A stretch of 64,000 bases of DNA from assembly GCF_024521635.1 (NCBI RefSeq), contig NW_026250405.1:1674001-1738000 (forward strand). The letters are read 5' to 3'. This document shows, one piece after another, positions 10,550-23,660 of the stretch. Below the pieces are notes generated by a model that saw only the letters and a program-made list of their open reading frames with translations, did no database searches and was not told the DNA's origin. This stretch comes from Tricharina praecox (taxonomy: Eukaryota). Within the stretch, counting starts at the first letter, position 1. Each line of letters begins with the position of its first letter. Position numbers and translations under genes: made by a program.

Positions 10550-11938
10550 ATGGCCCCCCTCACGATGCTGCTGTCTCTGCTGCTACTTCTGCAGCTCCTC
10601 ACCGCCACAGCCACTACCACTGCTGCAGCCAATGCCACAGCCTCGGTCCTCCTCTCCCCGGACCACAAGACGGTGTACACCTACCACGCGCCCCACCTTT
10701 ACAGCCGTCCTTTATCCCCATTCAACACATCCAACTTCAACGACAACACCACCCTCCTCCCCCCACCACCAACAGACGCGGCACTGCACCCAATCCTCGC
10801 GCGCAACAACGAGAGCATCTACCTAATCGGCGGCTCGCAGAACCTGATGGGCTATGCATACCCACTATCCTCGCCCACATCTCACTGGGAGCCCGCCGGC
10901 CGCTGGCTCCGCAAATCCATCAAATCCATCGGTGGCGCCGCTGCTGCTGCCGCGCTGCCCGATCCCGCCGGCGGGAAACTCCTCCTGCTCGGCCAAGAGG
11001 TCATCGTGCTCGTGGACCTCATCGCAGCAAAAGTGCGCGCGTTCGAAGTGCCGGGGCTGCTAAACACCACCACCGGCGGCGGTGCTGCAGCTCTGACACT
11101 ACTTGACACGCAGAAAATCCTCGCGGTCTCCAACACCACGACGGGCGTGCTAGATCTCAGCGGGATGAGCTACACCTCCCTCGGCGCGGGGGTGCCGGAC
11201 GTCGTAGCTGTAGTCGCAGCCGACGACGGGACGATCATCTCCCTCGACGCTGCCGGCGTAGCCGCGACAGCGGACTCCAAGTCCCTAGAGTTCACCCCGC
11301 GCGCAGAGACGCACGGCCAGCAGTGGCGCATCACGGCCGCGACCCTGCTGCCCGGCGACGTTATCCTGGCCGTGGGCGGTAGTCCCGCAGAAGTAGCGCT
11401 GTACGCCGTTGCGCAGCGGCGGTGGGTGGACTCGTACCCGCCGCCGCCGCCGCCGGAGCCGGTGGTGGCTTCGCCAAAGCGCCGGCGGCGTGCGTGGTCG
11501 GCGGGTGCGAAGGCGGCGGTGGGGTGTGGTGTCGGCGTCGCGGCGGTGGCCGCGCTGGTCGGCGCGTATGTGCTTGTTAAGCGGTGGAGGAGGAGGGGGG
11601 TACTGGGGGGCGTGGATGCGGCGGAGACGGGCGCGGATGTGGAGATCCCGGCGACGCCGAGGGTGGTGCCCCTGCGCGATGCGGAGGTGGATGTGAGTGC
11701 CGACGGGGTGTCGTCGTTGGATTTGGATGAGTGCGGACAGGGTAAGACGGCGGAGATGGGGACGGTGTGTACCGGCCTAGTCAGGGTGGTGGAGCTGGAC
11801 GAGGATGGGAGGAGTGTTAAGGTTAAGGCGGACGACGAGGACGACGAGGATGCGGATGTGGATTCGGTCGGATGGGAAACGGCGGATGAGGAGATGGATG
11901 GATATGGGAAGGTGGCGAAGAAGTGTCAATCCGTCTAG
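10550..11938 (+). CDS. Putative type-I membrane protein, 462 aa (signal peptide, beta-rich ectodomain, single TM helix, acidic tail)
   Basis: Intronless ORF with coding-like bias; N-terminal hydrophobic signal (MLLSLLLLLQLLTATA); N-glycosylation sequons; TM AVGCGVGVAAVAALVGAYVLV followed by KRWRRR. Confidence 0.75.
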   Translation: MAPLTMLLSLLLLLQLLTATATTTAAANATASVLLSPDHKTVYTYHAPHLYSRPLSPFNTSNFNDNTTLLPPPPTDAALHPILARNNESIYLIGGSQNLMGYAYPLSSPTSHWEPAGRWLRKSIKSIGGAAAAAALPDPAGGKLLLLGQEVIVLVDLIAAKVRAFEVPGLLNTTTGGGAAALTLLDTQKILAVSNTTTGVLDLSGMSYTSLGAGVPDVVAVVAADDGTIISLDAAGVAATADSKSLEFTPRAETHGQQWRITAATLLPGDVILAVGGSPAEVALYAVAQRRWVDSYPPPPPPEPVVASPKRRRRAWSAGAKAAVGCGVGVAAVAALVGAYVLVKRWRRRGVLGGVDAAETGADVEIPATPRVVPLRDAEVDVSADGVSSLDLDECGQGKTAEMGTVCTGLVRVVELDEDGRSVKVKADDEDDEDADVDSVGWETADEEMDGYGKVAKKCQSV

Positions 11939-12079
11939 ACGGGCTGGGTTCATGTCAAGCAGTATCCATCCGTCCAGACGAATTGTGTTCGTATTAAGCA
12001 AGCAATGTCCAATCAATAGAGTGCGAAGCACAAGGTCGAACCGCTCATTAAGCTGTAAACAAACATCAGGTGGAGATGG
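11903..12079 (+). repeat. Copy of ~172-bp dispersed repeat family A
   Basis: Reverse complement matches the tandem units at 33122-33466 (e.g. GGTCGAACCGCTCATTAAGCTGTAAACAAACATCAG). Confidence 0.85.
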
Positions 12080-12314
12080 TGTCATATACAAGAGGATGTT
12101 TTGGCTGATAATCAATTATTCCACAGTCTCTCCGGACTGGAGCTCCTCTACATATGCAGAATCTCTCACTCCCATACGACATGGTATGTCCATGGCCGGA
12201 TGTGCGCGCACGAATATGGTGTGTGAGCAGTGAGCGGCCATGGCCCGTGGAGACGTCGACGGCCGCGAGGAATGCGCTGCTGCTGCTGCTTTTGTGATTG
12301 CTACTTACTTCTGG

Positions 12315-12553
12315 CACGGATTCTCGCTCGCAGAGCGAGTGATATCATGTGCCAGACACCAGCAAAAGCTCGTACTGAGGTGATGGGGAACCAACGCCAA
12401 AAACAAAAACCTTCACCACCCCGGTGGGTGGCTTAGAAGCCCCCAGGAATTGAACTGGTGTTCAAATGCCCTCCGCCGGGTACGTGATCACTAGGCTATG
12501 CGGGGAGGGTTTTCCGTGATGGAAGTAGTGTTTCATAAATTATAAACTGGTGT
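12315..12553 (+). repeat. Copy of hairpin-led dispersed repeat family B
   Basis: CTCGCAGAGCGAGTGAT...AGCAAAAG...TGAGGTG...GGGGAACCAACGCCAAAAACAAAAACCTTCACCACCCC...TTATAAACTGGTGT matches 33790-34040 and 44567-44657. Confidence 0.85.
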
Positions 12554-13811
12554 TCTGTAGAGCACACGGCTACTTCTCCTTGCCTTCTAGGATAAGATAA
12601 TAGCGAGTGGCTGTATCTTCCACCATCTTTATAAAATGTAGCTTTCTGCGAGGTGCTAATTGCGACGCAAGTTGTTTTTGGTTTGATCAATAATTGCATG
12701 CGGCCTGGCTACATCATGGCAATACACACACTCACACTCCACTTCCCACTCAGAGCCCTCACTTGCTGCGTCATCCTCGACAACCTCTGGGATCCGCCTG
12801 CCCACATCACATCACATCACATCAGTGGTGGTGATGAGAAACCCCAAGATTGCCTGGCTTCGGGGCTACGAATAACCAGCTTTGAAATATCCTGCGGCAT
12901 TGTTGAGGGAGATATGTGAGTGATAGACTGTGATACACCTTCTTCTTCGACGGGGGTGCCTATGTACCTACTTCGTCAGTGCACCGTGTGATGAGTATAT
13001 GTGTCATCTTTCCTCTCTTTTCGCAGTGCCCACCGCTCGACAGCTCGACCGCTCAACCGATTCCAGCGAGCAAGTCTACATACACATACATACCACGTAG
13101 CTACTCTACAAACTAAACGCCCGTCTCAGCAGTCCATACCTACCTACCTACGCGCGCACTGATCCAGACTCCACCGTCCACCATCCACCGTCCACGGAGC
13201 TCGGGGGGAGGGGGGGGGAGTATTTCGCAATTCCTTCCCACCGCCCACCGGGCCCGGGCCCGGGCCAGGCAGGGCCAGGATGGCACGATCGATCTTATCT
13301 CCCATCCCATCCTATCACCCGGGGGGGCCCGCCAAATGTTTTTCCAGCGGGCGCGCCAGGCGACGAAATGTACAGTACAATACGACGACACGACGCGCGC
13401 GCGATTAAAGATGCTCTGGGGTGCTCTGGATGGATGGAGGAGGTATGAGTGGATTACTACTATAACTTGGTGCCTGGGCTACCTGGGTCCTGGGCAAGTG
13501 AGTACATACCTCATACATGCCTACCTGGAGTGTATAGATAGTAGTACCTAGGTGTATGGGTAGGTCGATGGGTACTCTAGATACCAGTAGATAGTGATTT
13601 ATCAGCGCGCGCACGGACCAGGTGTTCGTCTCTTCTCCTGGGCAATGGGCGGTGTAACTGACTCCTGAGTCCTGAGTGTGTGTACTGTAGATATGAATAG
13701 CACGATGGTAGAGTACTCTACGTACCAGCACCCTCCCTACATCTCCGGATACGCAGATACCGCCGCGACACGGCACGGTAAGTACGCACGCACGCACGCA
13801 CAGGGTGGGGG

Positions 13812-13856
13812 GGTACGGTAGGTACGGTAGGTACGGTAGGTACGGTAGGAACGGTA
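13812..13856. repeat. (GGTACGGTA)n 9-bp tandem repeat
   Basis: Direct reading. Confidence 0.9.
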
Positions 13857-14478
13857 AGAGAGGGAGAGAGAGCTGACTGCATCTCGCGGCCGTCCCGCCC
13901 TGTCCCGCCCTGTTCTGCCCTGTCCTGTCCTGTCCGGGGCTGGGCAGTCCCCGTCTCCGTCTCCGTCACCGTCTGCGTCCGTCGGTCGGCCCTGCATGCA
14001 ATGCTGCAACTCCCAGTCCAAGTTGCCAACCCCCTCCTCCACTCACCCAACTCCCCCACCCGCTCCCTCTCTCTCTCTATGTAAGTACGGCAGAGTAGAG
14101 TATGTAGAGTACTTTACCTGTAGAGCATCTCACGATCGATTGGCTGCATCAGCCTGAGTCCAGAGTCGTTCCCTCCCCCGCCACCAGCACCCCCACTCCC
14201 ACCCCCACTCCCACCCTCCCTTCCACCCTTCCCACTCCCACCCTCTCTCTCACACACCCAGCCCGCCGGGATCCACCCGTCCATGTAGCCGTATGTATGT
14301 ATGTCCATGTATGTCCCTGTATGCCATGTATGCCATGTATGAATGATATGTACGTGAGTGATCGATCGGCCCCGCGGCGGAGATCGGTCGTTTCTCTTTG
14401 GGGAGTTTCTTTTTTGAGCTTTTGAGCTTTTTTGGACGTGCTGTGTGTAGGTTTGGTTTTGTATCGTATCTGGTCTAT

Positions 14479-14540
14479 CTGGCTGTCTGGCTGTCTGGCT
14501 GTCTGGCTGTCTGGCTGTCTGGCTGTCTGGCTGTCTGGCT
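14479..14540. repeat. (CTGGCTGT)n 8-bp tandem repeat
   Basis: Direct reading. Confidence 0.9.
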
Positions 14541-15507
14541 ACCTTAGTGCGGGGGGTGGTAGAGGGGAGAGGGGCAGGTATGTTTCTCTCCCTGGAAGGA
14601 AGCAGGAAGATGCGAGATTACATCACTGCGCTGCGGCGAGATGCGGGTCGGGGAGTGGGTTGGGGGTGGGTTGGGCTGGGGAAACAAAAAGGAAACAAAA
14701 AGGAAAGGGAAAGGAAACAAAAAGGAAAGGGAAAAGAAACCGAAAAGAAACCGAAAAGGAAACCGAAAAGAAACCGAAAAGAAACCGGAAAGAAAAGGAA
14801 ACAAAAGGAATCCTCCTCCTCCTCCGCCGCGCACGAGGTACCGTACACGCACACTGCTGCACAACCTCCGCCCGCGAAGCTGCGAAGCTGCGAAACTGCG
14901 AAACTGCAAAAAACGACTTTGCTGTTGAGGTAATTAACGCTGCTCGCCAAGTATAGCATAGATACCGGTACTGTAGAATAATACACCAGTATCTCCGTCT
15001 GCACTGACTCTGGGGTCTGCAGTGCCTGTTCAAACTCCGGACCCGTGTGTTTCATGTTTCATCCCATTCCCGTCAGCCCGTCAGCTCGCCCGCCCACCGC
15101 CTCAAGGCTCAAGGCCCAAGGCTTGAGTTCGGAGTTATGTAGGAGTCAGCCAGACAGACAGATGTCTCGGCGGACGGTGGGGACATGGTTTAGTATATAG
15201 AGTACCGTACACACACACATCCACCGCCCTCCGCCGCGTCCACCGCGTCCAGCACCGCGACCGCGATCGGCCCGAGACAATCCCCCTTCACGACAGGGGG
15301 CGGAGCACTCAAGAGTATCATACATACTTCTACATACGGTACGGTATGTATGATAGTGCGGTGGAGTTGGGACATGTATGTAGCACTAGCATACCAGAGT
15401 AGAGTACATAGCAGATCACATCTAGAGTACACGTCTACGCCTTCTCGACGTCTACGCGACGCCGCCGACGAAGAAGAAGCGAGACTCGAGACTCGAGAGT
15501 GCAAGCC

Positions 15508-15545
<38 letters not shown>
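15508..15545. repeat. (GAT)n microsatellite
   Basis: Direct reading. Confidence 0.9.
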
Positions 15546-18500
15546 CGATCCCCCCACCCCACCACCACCGCACCATCGCAGCATCGGCGCATCACCACCA
15601 CCACGCTCATCTCCATAGCCAGCTCTCGCCCGTTTGCCCCTCCTCTTGCCCCTCCTCCTGCTCCTCCTCCAGCTGCCGACGTGAGAGGGAAAGAGGAGAG
15701 GGAAAGAGCGAGGGAAAGAGCGAGGGAAAGAGCGAGGGAAAGAGCGACGTGAAAAAGCAAAAACCCGCAATGCGCATCCACCTGGCTCGGCTCGTACACA
15801 CACACACACACCTTCATACCTGCCATACCATACATACCATACCCACCATAGAGTACCTACCGTAAATACCGGTACACACCTAGAGTAGAGCAGAGTACGC
15901 TATGTACTCGATCGCGATCGGTGTGGACATCGCACACGACCTCGCGCCCTCCCTCGCTCGTGGGCGCGCGCGCGGATTCAGTCGATAATATAGTACCCAG
16001 GTGTAGCGGTGTTTAACAAATAAACATGGGCGTTTGTCCGGCCGTGCGTTTGTTTCAATGAATGGCAGTGCCAGTGCCAGTGCTGTGGAGGAAGGTGTCC
16101 ATTAATTGACGGCGGCGGAAGGGGTGGGAAGGAATGGGATGGGAGGAAAGGATGAAATGGGAGGGATGGCGAGGGAAACGAAACGAAACGGACGCACGGC
16201 GATAACAGCCGTCAGGTTCTCCCGGTGGATGTGGATGGATGGGTGGATATATGGATGGGTGTGGATATGCATATGATGGATGGATGGGTGGGTGGATGGA
16301 TGGGTGGATGGATGGATATGGAGGGAGGATATGGAGGGATGGATGGATGACAGGCGGTAAGCGAAGATGGGAACTGGGCACTCGTGTGCTACCTTTGCTA
16401 TGTACCGGTATGTTATGCATCTACATACACAGCATTTTAGGTATTATGCTCTACTCTATATTTGTAGTACATACTCTACATAGAGCCCACGGAGGATGCG
16501 TGCCCAGGGTAGGGTTGCGGTTGTATTGCGGTGTAAACCGAACGAAGCCCTTGACATAGTAAATCGCGCAGACCCGCGAGAGTGCGTGCGAGCGTGCGAT
16601 GAGACACTGAGACAATGAGACACTGAGACAATGAGACAGCTTTCCAGGTTCCCTGCTCCCGACTCTCCGCTCCACTCCTCTCGGCGAGTCGGCGTGCGAC
16701 GTGCTATTAGAGTAGGTACCGTACTCTATTTTGCTATGGAAGCTGGATAGTAGGGGCTCGAGACGTTGCCAGTGACTGATTCACTGTGTATCACCCATCC
16801 AGTCATCCAGTATCCACAGCTCTGCCGCGGTAGGAGTATCTACTCTACTGTAGAGTACTATGGAGTACTATGGACATCCACCCACCAGCTCCGCGCATAC
16901 CCACTGCCCACTGCCCACTGCCCAGTGAACAGAGGAAACAAATGCGCGAGATTATGCCCCTACACCCCCCTCCACTCCCCTCCCCGGCTTACCGGAATTT
17001 TGGAAACAAGAGATGCCCTCCCCCCACCCGCCCGCGAGACCTCCATCTCCTGGAGGCCAAGTATGTATGCACCGTATGTAGTAGAGGAGGAGGGTCGTGG
17101 TATGTACTCAACTCCAGAGTACCTTTCTTAAACTTGACGTGCATCTACTCTAGGTATCCCCCTCCCCTTGATATACCTACCGGTAATACAGTACCACACA
17201 GTGCTATACACGAGTACACTAGTACTTTATACCTGCTACCGTAAAGCTGTAGAATGGCGCAGACCTTTAGGCTTTGCCCGGTGTACCACATTATGTAGAA
17301 GTTGTCACAAGTGATCACCGGTGATCCACGGTGATCCATGGCGCTCGAATCTCTAGCTTTGCTCACGATCCACCATCCATCATCCAGCGAGAAGGTGGAA
17401 GGGAGAGCTCGCTCATGCCAATCACTCACACCACCAACCAACCACGTCGACAATACCCATCCATATCCATATCCACCGTCCAGTTTCCGAGACACAACCA
17501 CTGACACCACTGCCACCACCGACCCCACCATCACCACTGACAGCAAAACAGTAACCAGTAGCCAATAGCCAGTAGCCCGTAGCCCGTAGCCCGTAGGCCT
17601 CGACTGAACTCGAGCCAGACTCAAGCCAGACTCGTCACAGTGAAAATAAAGTTGCAGCAGCAGCAGCAGCGACACGGACACGGACTCCAGAGTCCAGGAC
17701 GAATAGGAAGCTTCCCTGAAACATGAACCGAAAAACAAAAACAACAAAAACGACAAAAAACAAAACCACAAAAAAAATGACACGTTCCGTAATAGCAGAC
17801 CTATCATACGGTATTCCGAGAGAGAGAGAGGGAGGGGGAGAGGGAGAGAGGAAAACCTTGTTCGCTCTTGCCACAAGCCCACAAGCCCACAACCACAGCA
17901 AGAAGACTCACGATAATTCTTTTTTCCTATCCGGCCATGCCTGGAGGGGAATCCTCCATCCTCCATCCTCCATCCCCAGCACGCGTCCGCGCCCCTTCCC
18001 CTCACCCCTCCAAGGAAATCCGGCGGAAACCCGGCGGAAGCCGACATAGAGCCGGAGTCGCATTTATGTACGTGGCGAAGACTAGAAGAGCTTGTTTTCC
18101 ATTCCCCAGTAGCCGGCGTGATGGTTGGCTGGTGGCGGATTTTAGATTTCGCCATTTCCATCCTTCCAGGTCCAGGATGCGGGACGCAGGTTTCCGCGGG
18201 GCCGGGGGTCGGGGGTCGGGGGTGGGTGCGGTGGGTGGTGGGTGGTGGGTGCACGGTGGCAGGTGCGTCAGTTATCGTGAGAAACACCATGCTCAGCATC
18301 GTGGGTTTTACATATATCCGGGTGAGGGTGAGGGTGAGGGTGAGGGAGGGAGGCCTCAGGCAGCGCGGTTCCGATTCCGGTTCCTTCCACGCTTGCTCGT
18401 GAGCGTAGCGTAGCGTGCACTCTGCAGTGCACTGGGAGGGAGAACTAGCGTACCTACTCTATGGTACCTATGCTACATACGGACGGCATCTCGACGAGAA

Positions 18501-19094
18501 AAGCGATGGGCGATGGCACGATACGATGCCCTCCCCGCACGTAGTTAACCCCCCCTCCCCTCCCCTCCGTCGACCGTCTCGCTCGCTCGCTCGTTCGTCG
18601 TCTTCATTGCGAGTGGACATGATGATATGCAAGAGTGCTTTCTCCACGGACGGGACACGGCCCAGAATTGCAGGCTGCTGCTTGCTCACTCACTCACTCA
18701 CGGTACTAGACCGACCGACCGACATCCTTCATGCGCTGTGGGGAATGGGGAAGTGGCAGGGGGGGCGGTGGCTCCTCTCCTCTCCTCACGAAGCTTGCTT
18801 TGCCTGCCTGCCTGCCTGCCTACCTGCCTGCCTGCTTTGCTTGCGTTGAGTAACCTGACGGGTCGATTCCGCACTCTACTCAACGTCTCTGCTCTGCTCT
18901 CTGCTCTGCTGTCTGGCACAACGGTTATCGTGAGCGTCGCTCCCTGGAGTCCTGGGGTGCCTTGGGGGGTGGGTGTCGGCAGATGCGACACGATTGAACC
19001 TTCGTAGTCGGCCAGTTCTAGACCCAGGCCCAGTGGCCCACAGTCGAGAAAAATAAATGAAAGACGACACACACATCACCTTCAACCTTGAGGC

Positions 19095-19144
19095 TTGCAC
19101 AGTTGCACGGTTGCACGGTTGCACGGTTGCACGGTTGCACGGTT
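19095..19144. repeat. (TTGCACGG)n 8-bp tandem repeat
   Basis: Direct reading. Confidence 0.9.
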
Positions 19145-20173
19145 GGGTTGCACCCCGCGCCGCGCGAAAGTAAAGTAGCATAGAGTAACTAAAGTGCAAC
19201 AGAAGGAAGGAAAAGAAAAAAAGGACGCTACGCTACGGTACTGCTCCTTCTACTCCTTCTCATCCACCCCCAACAACTATCGTGAGATGCAGGAGGGAGC
19301 AGAGGAATTGCGGTGTCGGTATCGGTGTGGGAGGCGATGGGGCCGGCAACTGGGTAGAGCACACACACCATACACAATCTCTCTCTCTCTCCCACACGCA
19401 CTCACTCACTCACACGAGCAAAAGACCCCTGGTAGGTATGCGGAGAGTGCACATGCAGGAGAGAGGAGTACCGTATGTACGAGGTGGAGGAGGAGGAGGA
19501 GGAGGAGGAGGAGAGGGAAATGGTAGATGCGGGGGAATCCACAGTGCGAAGCTGGGACGAATCGGCATCGACGGGCGTGATCGCAGTTGGGGGAGTGGGG
19601 AGTGGCGCGTGGCGCGTGGCGATTAGGCACCGCACCGTAGTGAAGGCCGGCCCGGTGCGTGCGGCGATCGGGCACGCGAAGCAGAGGCCAGCGGGCGGCG
19701 GGGTGGAGAGTGGACTCTGGAGGGGGAGGGTGGACGTGGACGTGAGGGCACCGGCACCGAGCAGGATTCGGACGTCCCTGCTGCTGCTGCTGGGGGTGAC
19801 GGACGATTGACGCGCAACGAACGCAACGCAACGGCAGTGCTCGATGTTTAGCGTTCAGCGTTACATCCCATGTATAGCCGCATTCGACATCTACCGGTGA
19901 CGCACGCTGGTCCGGTTGCAGAGTAGCGGCTAGCGGCCAGTCAGTCGAATTTCATGATGCCCACCGAGAAGACGAGATGGTGATGAGGAGGATGGGGATG
20001 ATGGTGATCATGACGACGATGATTGTGATGAGGAAGCTTCATCCGCCAGTGCTTCTTGCGGACGGGCAGCAGGCGGAGTGGACAGAAACCGTATCTACTC
20101 CAGAGTGCTCGTACGCTCTTTGCTTCCTGCTCTGGTCGATGGCTTCTGCCGGTTGATTGCTCGGTTGGTCAGT

Positions 20174-20174
<1 letters not shown>

Positions 20175-20206
<32 letters not shown>
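20175..20206. repeat. (GCT)n microsatellite
   Basis: Direct reading. Confidence 0.9.
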
Positions 20207-20207
<1 letters not shown>

Positions 20208-23200
20208 TTCCCGCTCCGCTTGTTGGCTGCTGCTGCTTTGCCGCTCCTTTTGCTGGCTGTTGCTGTTGCTGCTGTTTTCTCGCTCTGCTTGCTTTCTGAC
20301 CGCTGCTTGCTCGCTCTGCTTCCCACCCTGCCCCTCCTGCTTGGTTGGGCTGCGGCCACAGCAGCAGCAGCAGCAAGCGGACAGACAGCCAGAAACGCGG
20401 ACGGACAGACGGACGGGCCACGCACTCGGTCGGTCGGGGTGTGTCGTGTCGGTCGTGTCGGTCGCACACACACGGAGACGAAGAGAGGACGAGCACACAT
20501 CACATCGTATCACATCACATCACGCAACAGCCGTGGCAGTCCCAGACGAACGCGGAAGGGATTCGAGCGGGAAGTGGTTGGCCATCCCTCCGCTGCGTCT
20601 CTGCGTCTCTGCTTCCTGCTCGTCTCCAGCCCGCTTTCGCTCGTTGCACGCCGCCCGTGACTCTGCGTATGGATATCATACACATGTAAGGACATCGAGC
20701 ACTTGCCTCCTCCTCATCCCACCCACTAACCCCTACCTACGGTACTCTAGCACCTACCTCCGGTACTTGCCTTCCGGTACTCCATCTACGGTACCTAACT
20801 CTACTCTACATACTTCTTACCCACACGTTGCCTAGTACGCACTCGACCCGGTTGCCAGCTGTGGCTCTCCTCGCCTAGAGTGCACCATCTTTCGTGCCTG
20901 CGTGGGGGGAGGGAAGCAGCACCTGGAAAAAAGTGCTCCATACATACAGATACCAGGTAGCTCCGGCCAGCCAACTCCGCGGCTCCAGTGAGATGGATAT
21001 CCGGCGATGGCGGTGGTGGAGGGCGGCTCTCTGGTCTTTGCTGAGTGTTCCTCTTCCTCCCCGTCGGCTTCTGTAACTATCATAGCACCTTGCGCTAGGC
21101 ACGATATGTCTCCGTAGCGTGCTGTAATGTACGCATCTCCACCGACCAAGCAGTACCCTGCATACCGCCCAGAGTCGACTCTGCTGGGCTCTCCTCTCTC
21201 CTCCTCGGAGCATCACCGCCATCAGCATCATCGTGGGTCCTAGTTCCTAGCCTGGAGTGGTTAGCTCCTACAGCAGCCACTCTACTCTACACTAGCTACC
21301 CTAGCCCTAGCGCACCCCCCCCCATCGAGCCCTGACCGGGGGACCACCCTCATGCCTCAGCTGTTCGGTCCTGTCACATCGCACATCTTCCAGCGCCCAC
21401 GATCTGCAGCCAGCTAGGCTCGGTGCGGGCTTGGTTGTTCGATTATTTCGCGCAGGTTTTCTGGGCAGAACGTTCATTCATCGTCGTCAAGGAGAAGTTG
21501 TTATGTACTCTTACATGGAGACACCGGGAGTATGAACAGTACATATTATGATTCCTGGGAAACAGGGCACCGTTTGTATGTAGAGTACATATCGTCAGGG
21601 TGTTGCCGTATGTATCCTGCGGCCCTGGTCCGAGACTGCGCGGAGCGAGATTCGAGAAGCGTGCTCGCTGCTTAACTGCTCTCCTCTAAATCCAAAGCAT
21701 CGTATGTGCTCGTCGAACGTGTCTCTCTGTGTCTGTCCGTCTTCGAATGCAAGCCCGAGATCTTCAAGTGCAGTAGAAAAAAAGAAGAAGAAGCAAAAAA
21801 AAAGTAATGTGTGCGGATGAGACGTCGACGATGGATCGGCTTTTCTGTGCCTTGAACGAACTCGCTCCCACCAGAGGGCACCACCACCACCACTTCACAT
21901 CCACCACCACCACCACCACCACTTTCATTTACTACCACCACCACCATATTTACCACCACCACCACCATATTTACCACCACCACCACCACTGCCACTACGT
22001 ATCCATAGAGTAGGTAGTGCTAGACATCACCGAAACTTCCCCAAAACCCTCGCGCTACACACGCACGATCGTTGTAACTCATACAACCACATCCACCCCC
22101 CCCCCCCCCACCCCCCGCCACCGCCGCCACCGTTGGGAGGAATCTAAACAATATCCGCCCTGTCGAACCACCTCAACCACCGACACACCCCCACCCCTAC
22201 CCCCCTTGATTTACTCACTCACCTCAAGAGTACTTGATCCGATCTCCCCTCCGACCACATCACTCACACCCGCACTCCTCATCATCACCACCACCACCAC
22301 AATTACCACCTCTTCCACCTCTCAGCCAGCAGTTGAGAGAGCTGTGACCCGGCCCCGAAGCGTGGAATTCCACGAGCCGAACCCATCCAACCAAACCAAC
22401 AACCGACCGACCGACCGTCCGACCGACCGACCGGCCAACCACCAACCTGACCCACTACGACCAACCACACGGCCGCACCGAACGACCAAACCCCTCCTCC
22501 TTCGCGATCCTACCAACATATTTACCTACTCAACTTACTTACTTGCCTATCCCCTACCGCTACATACAGCTTTCGCACCCACTGGTAAGGAGCAATTGCT
22601 TTCTCTTTTTTTCTTTATCGGCCCGTATCAATCGTATCGCACTCTGCACTCTATTCGTCCTCATCTGCCTGCCTGTCGGGCCAGCAGCACTGTTGTTGTT
22701 GTTGTCGTCGCCGTTGTCGTCGTCGGGGGTTGCTACCGTTGTTCGAACTTACGCACAACCTAAATACAATCCTGCATCAGGTACTTTAAAACGTTTGGTT
22801 GGCTATCTACAGTCCACAGACGGTCCGCAGGAAGCTTGCCCGTTTTTATTGCAGCGCGCGCATTCTGCCTGCTGCCCTGTCTGTCTGCCTGACTGCCTAC
22901 CCGTTGTGATGTCGCTGGATCCATTCCCGTTCCGCTCCTGCTCCTGCTCCTACTCCTCCTGCTCCTTCTGCTCCTCCTCCTGCTCCTCCCGCTTCCGCTA
23001 CCTGCCTACTATACATACCCGCTGCTCGCCATCACCGGCACGTCTGTCCTGCTTGCTTGTCTGCTTGTCCGCGCTGTAGTAGATGAATGAAACGAGACGA
23101 AGACGAAGAAGCAGAAGAAGAAGCGATGGCTAAAAGTTTCGAGCGACTGCAATAGATTTCGTCATCTTCTCCTCCCCGTGCATACCTATTTAACCTGGTT

Positions 23201-23660
23201 ACGAATCACGACGTCAACGGTCTCACGATAACGATAAACCCCCTCCCCCTTCGCTTCGCCTCGCATCGCATCGCTTCCCGCCGGTGTAAAGGTTAGAATC
23301 CTAAATCATCCACCCCCCCCCCCCCCTCCCCAGACTCAAACGTCCATTCCGGACCGTTCCATTGTGGGTATGAGGGCCGTCTTTACGAGAGCTGAGAGAG
23401 AGAAGAAGACGAATAGGAATAGCAACTGAGAGAGAGGTGTAACTGACAGGTCCCCCGGACTGTTGCATAGCGCCCCCCTCCCTCCCCCGGCACGCATCGA
23501 CCGTTGAAGGTTCGCCTCCCGCCTCCCGCCTCCCGTTCGCACGGACACCAGTCGTCCGCGACCCGGTCAGGCATCGTGCGCGCCTGTCTTCCGGAAGACT
23601 CTGAACGCCCCTTCCAGCACAGAATGCGACTGAGAAGACGACGATCGTGAAGAACGAGAA

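Noticed and set aside
17145..18299. 384-aa minus-strand ORF in the long intergenic region
   Set aside because: Made of translated microsatellites and T-rich tracts; no codon bias or domain.
20039..20835. Overlapping polyA/polyQ/polyC/polyL ORFs
   Set aside because: All frames stay open because of (GCT)n repeats; no independent coding evidence.
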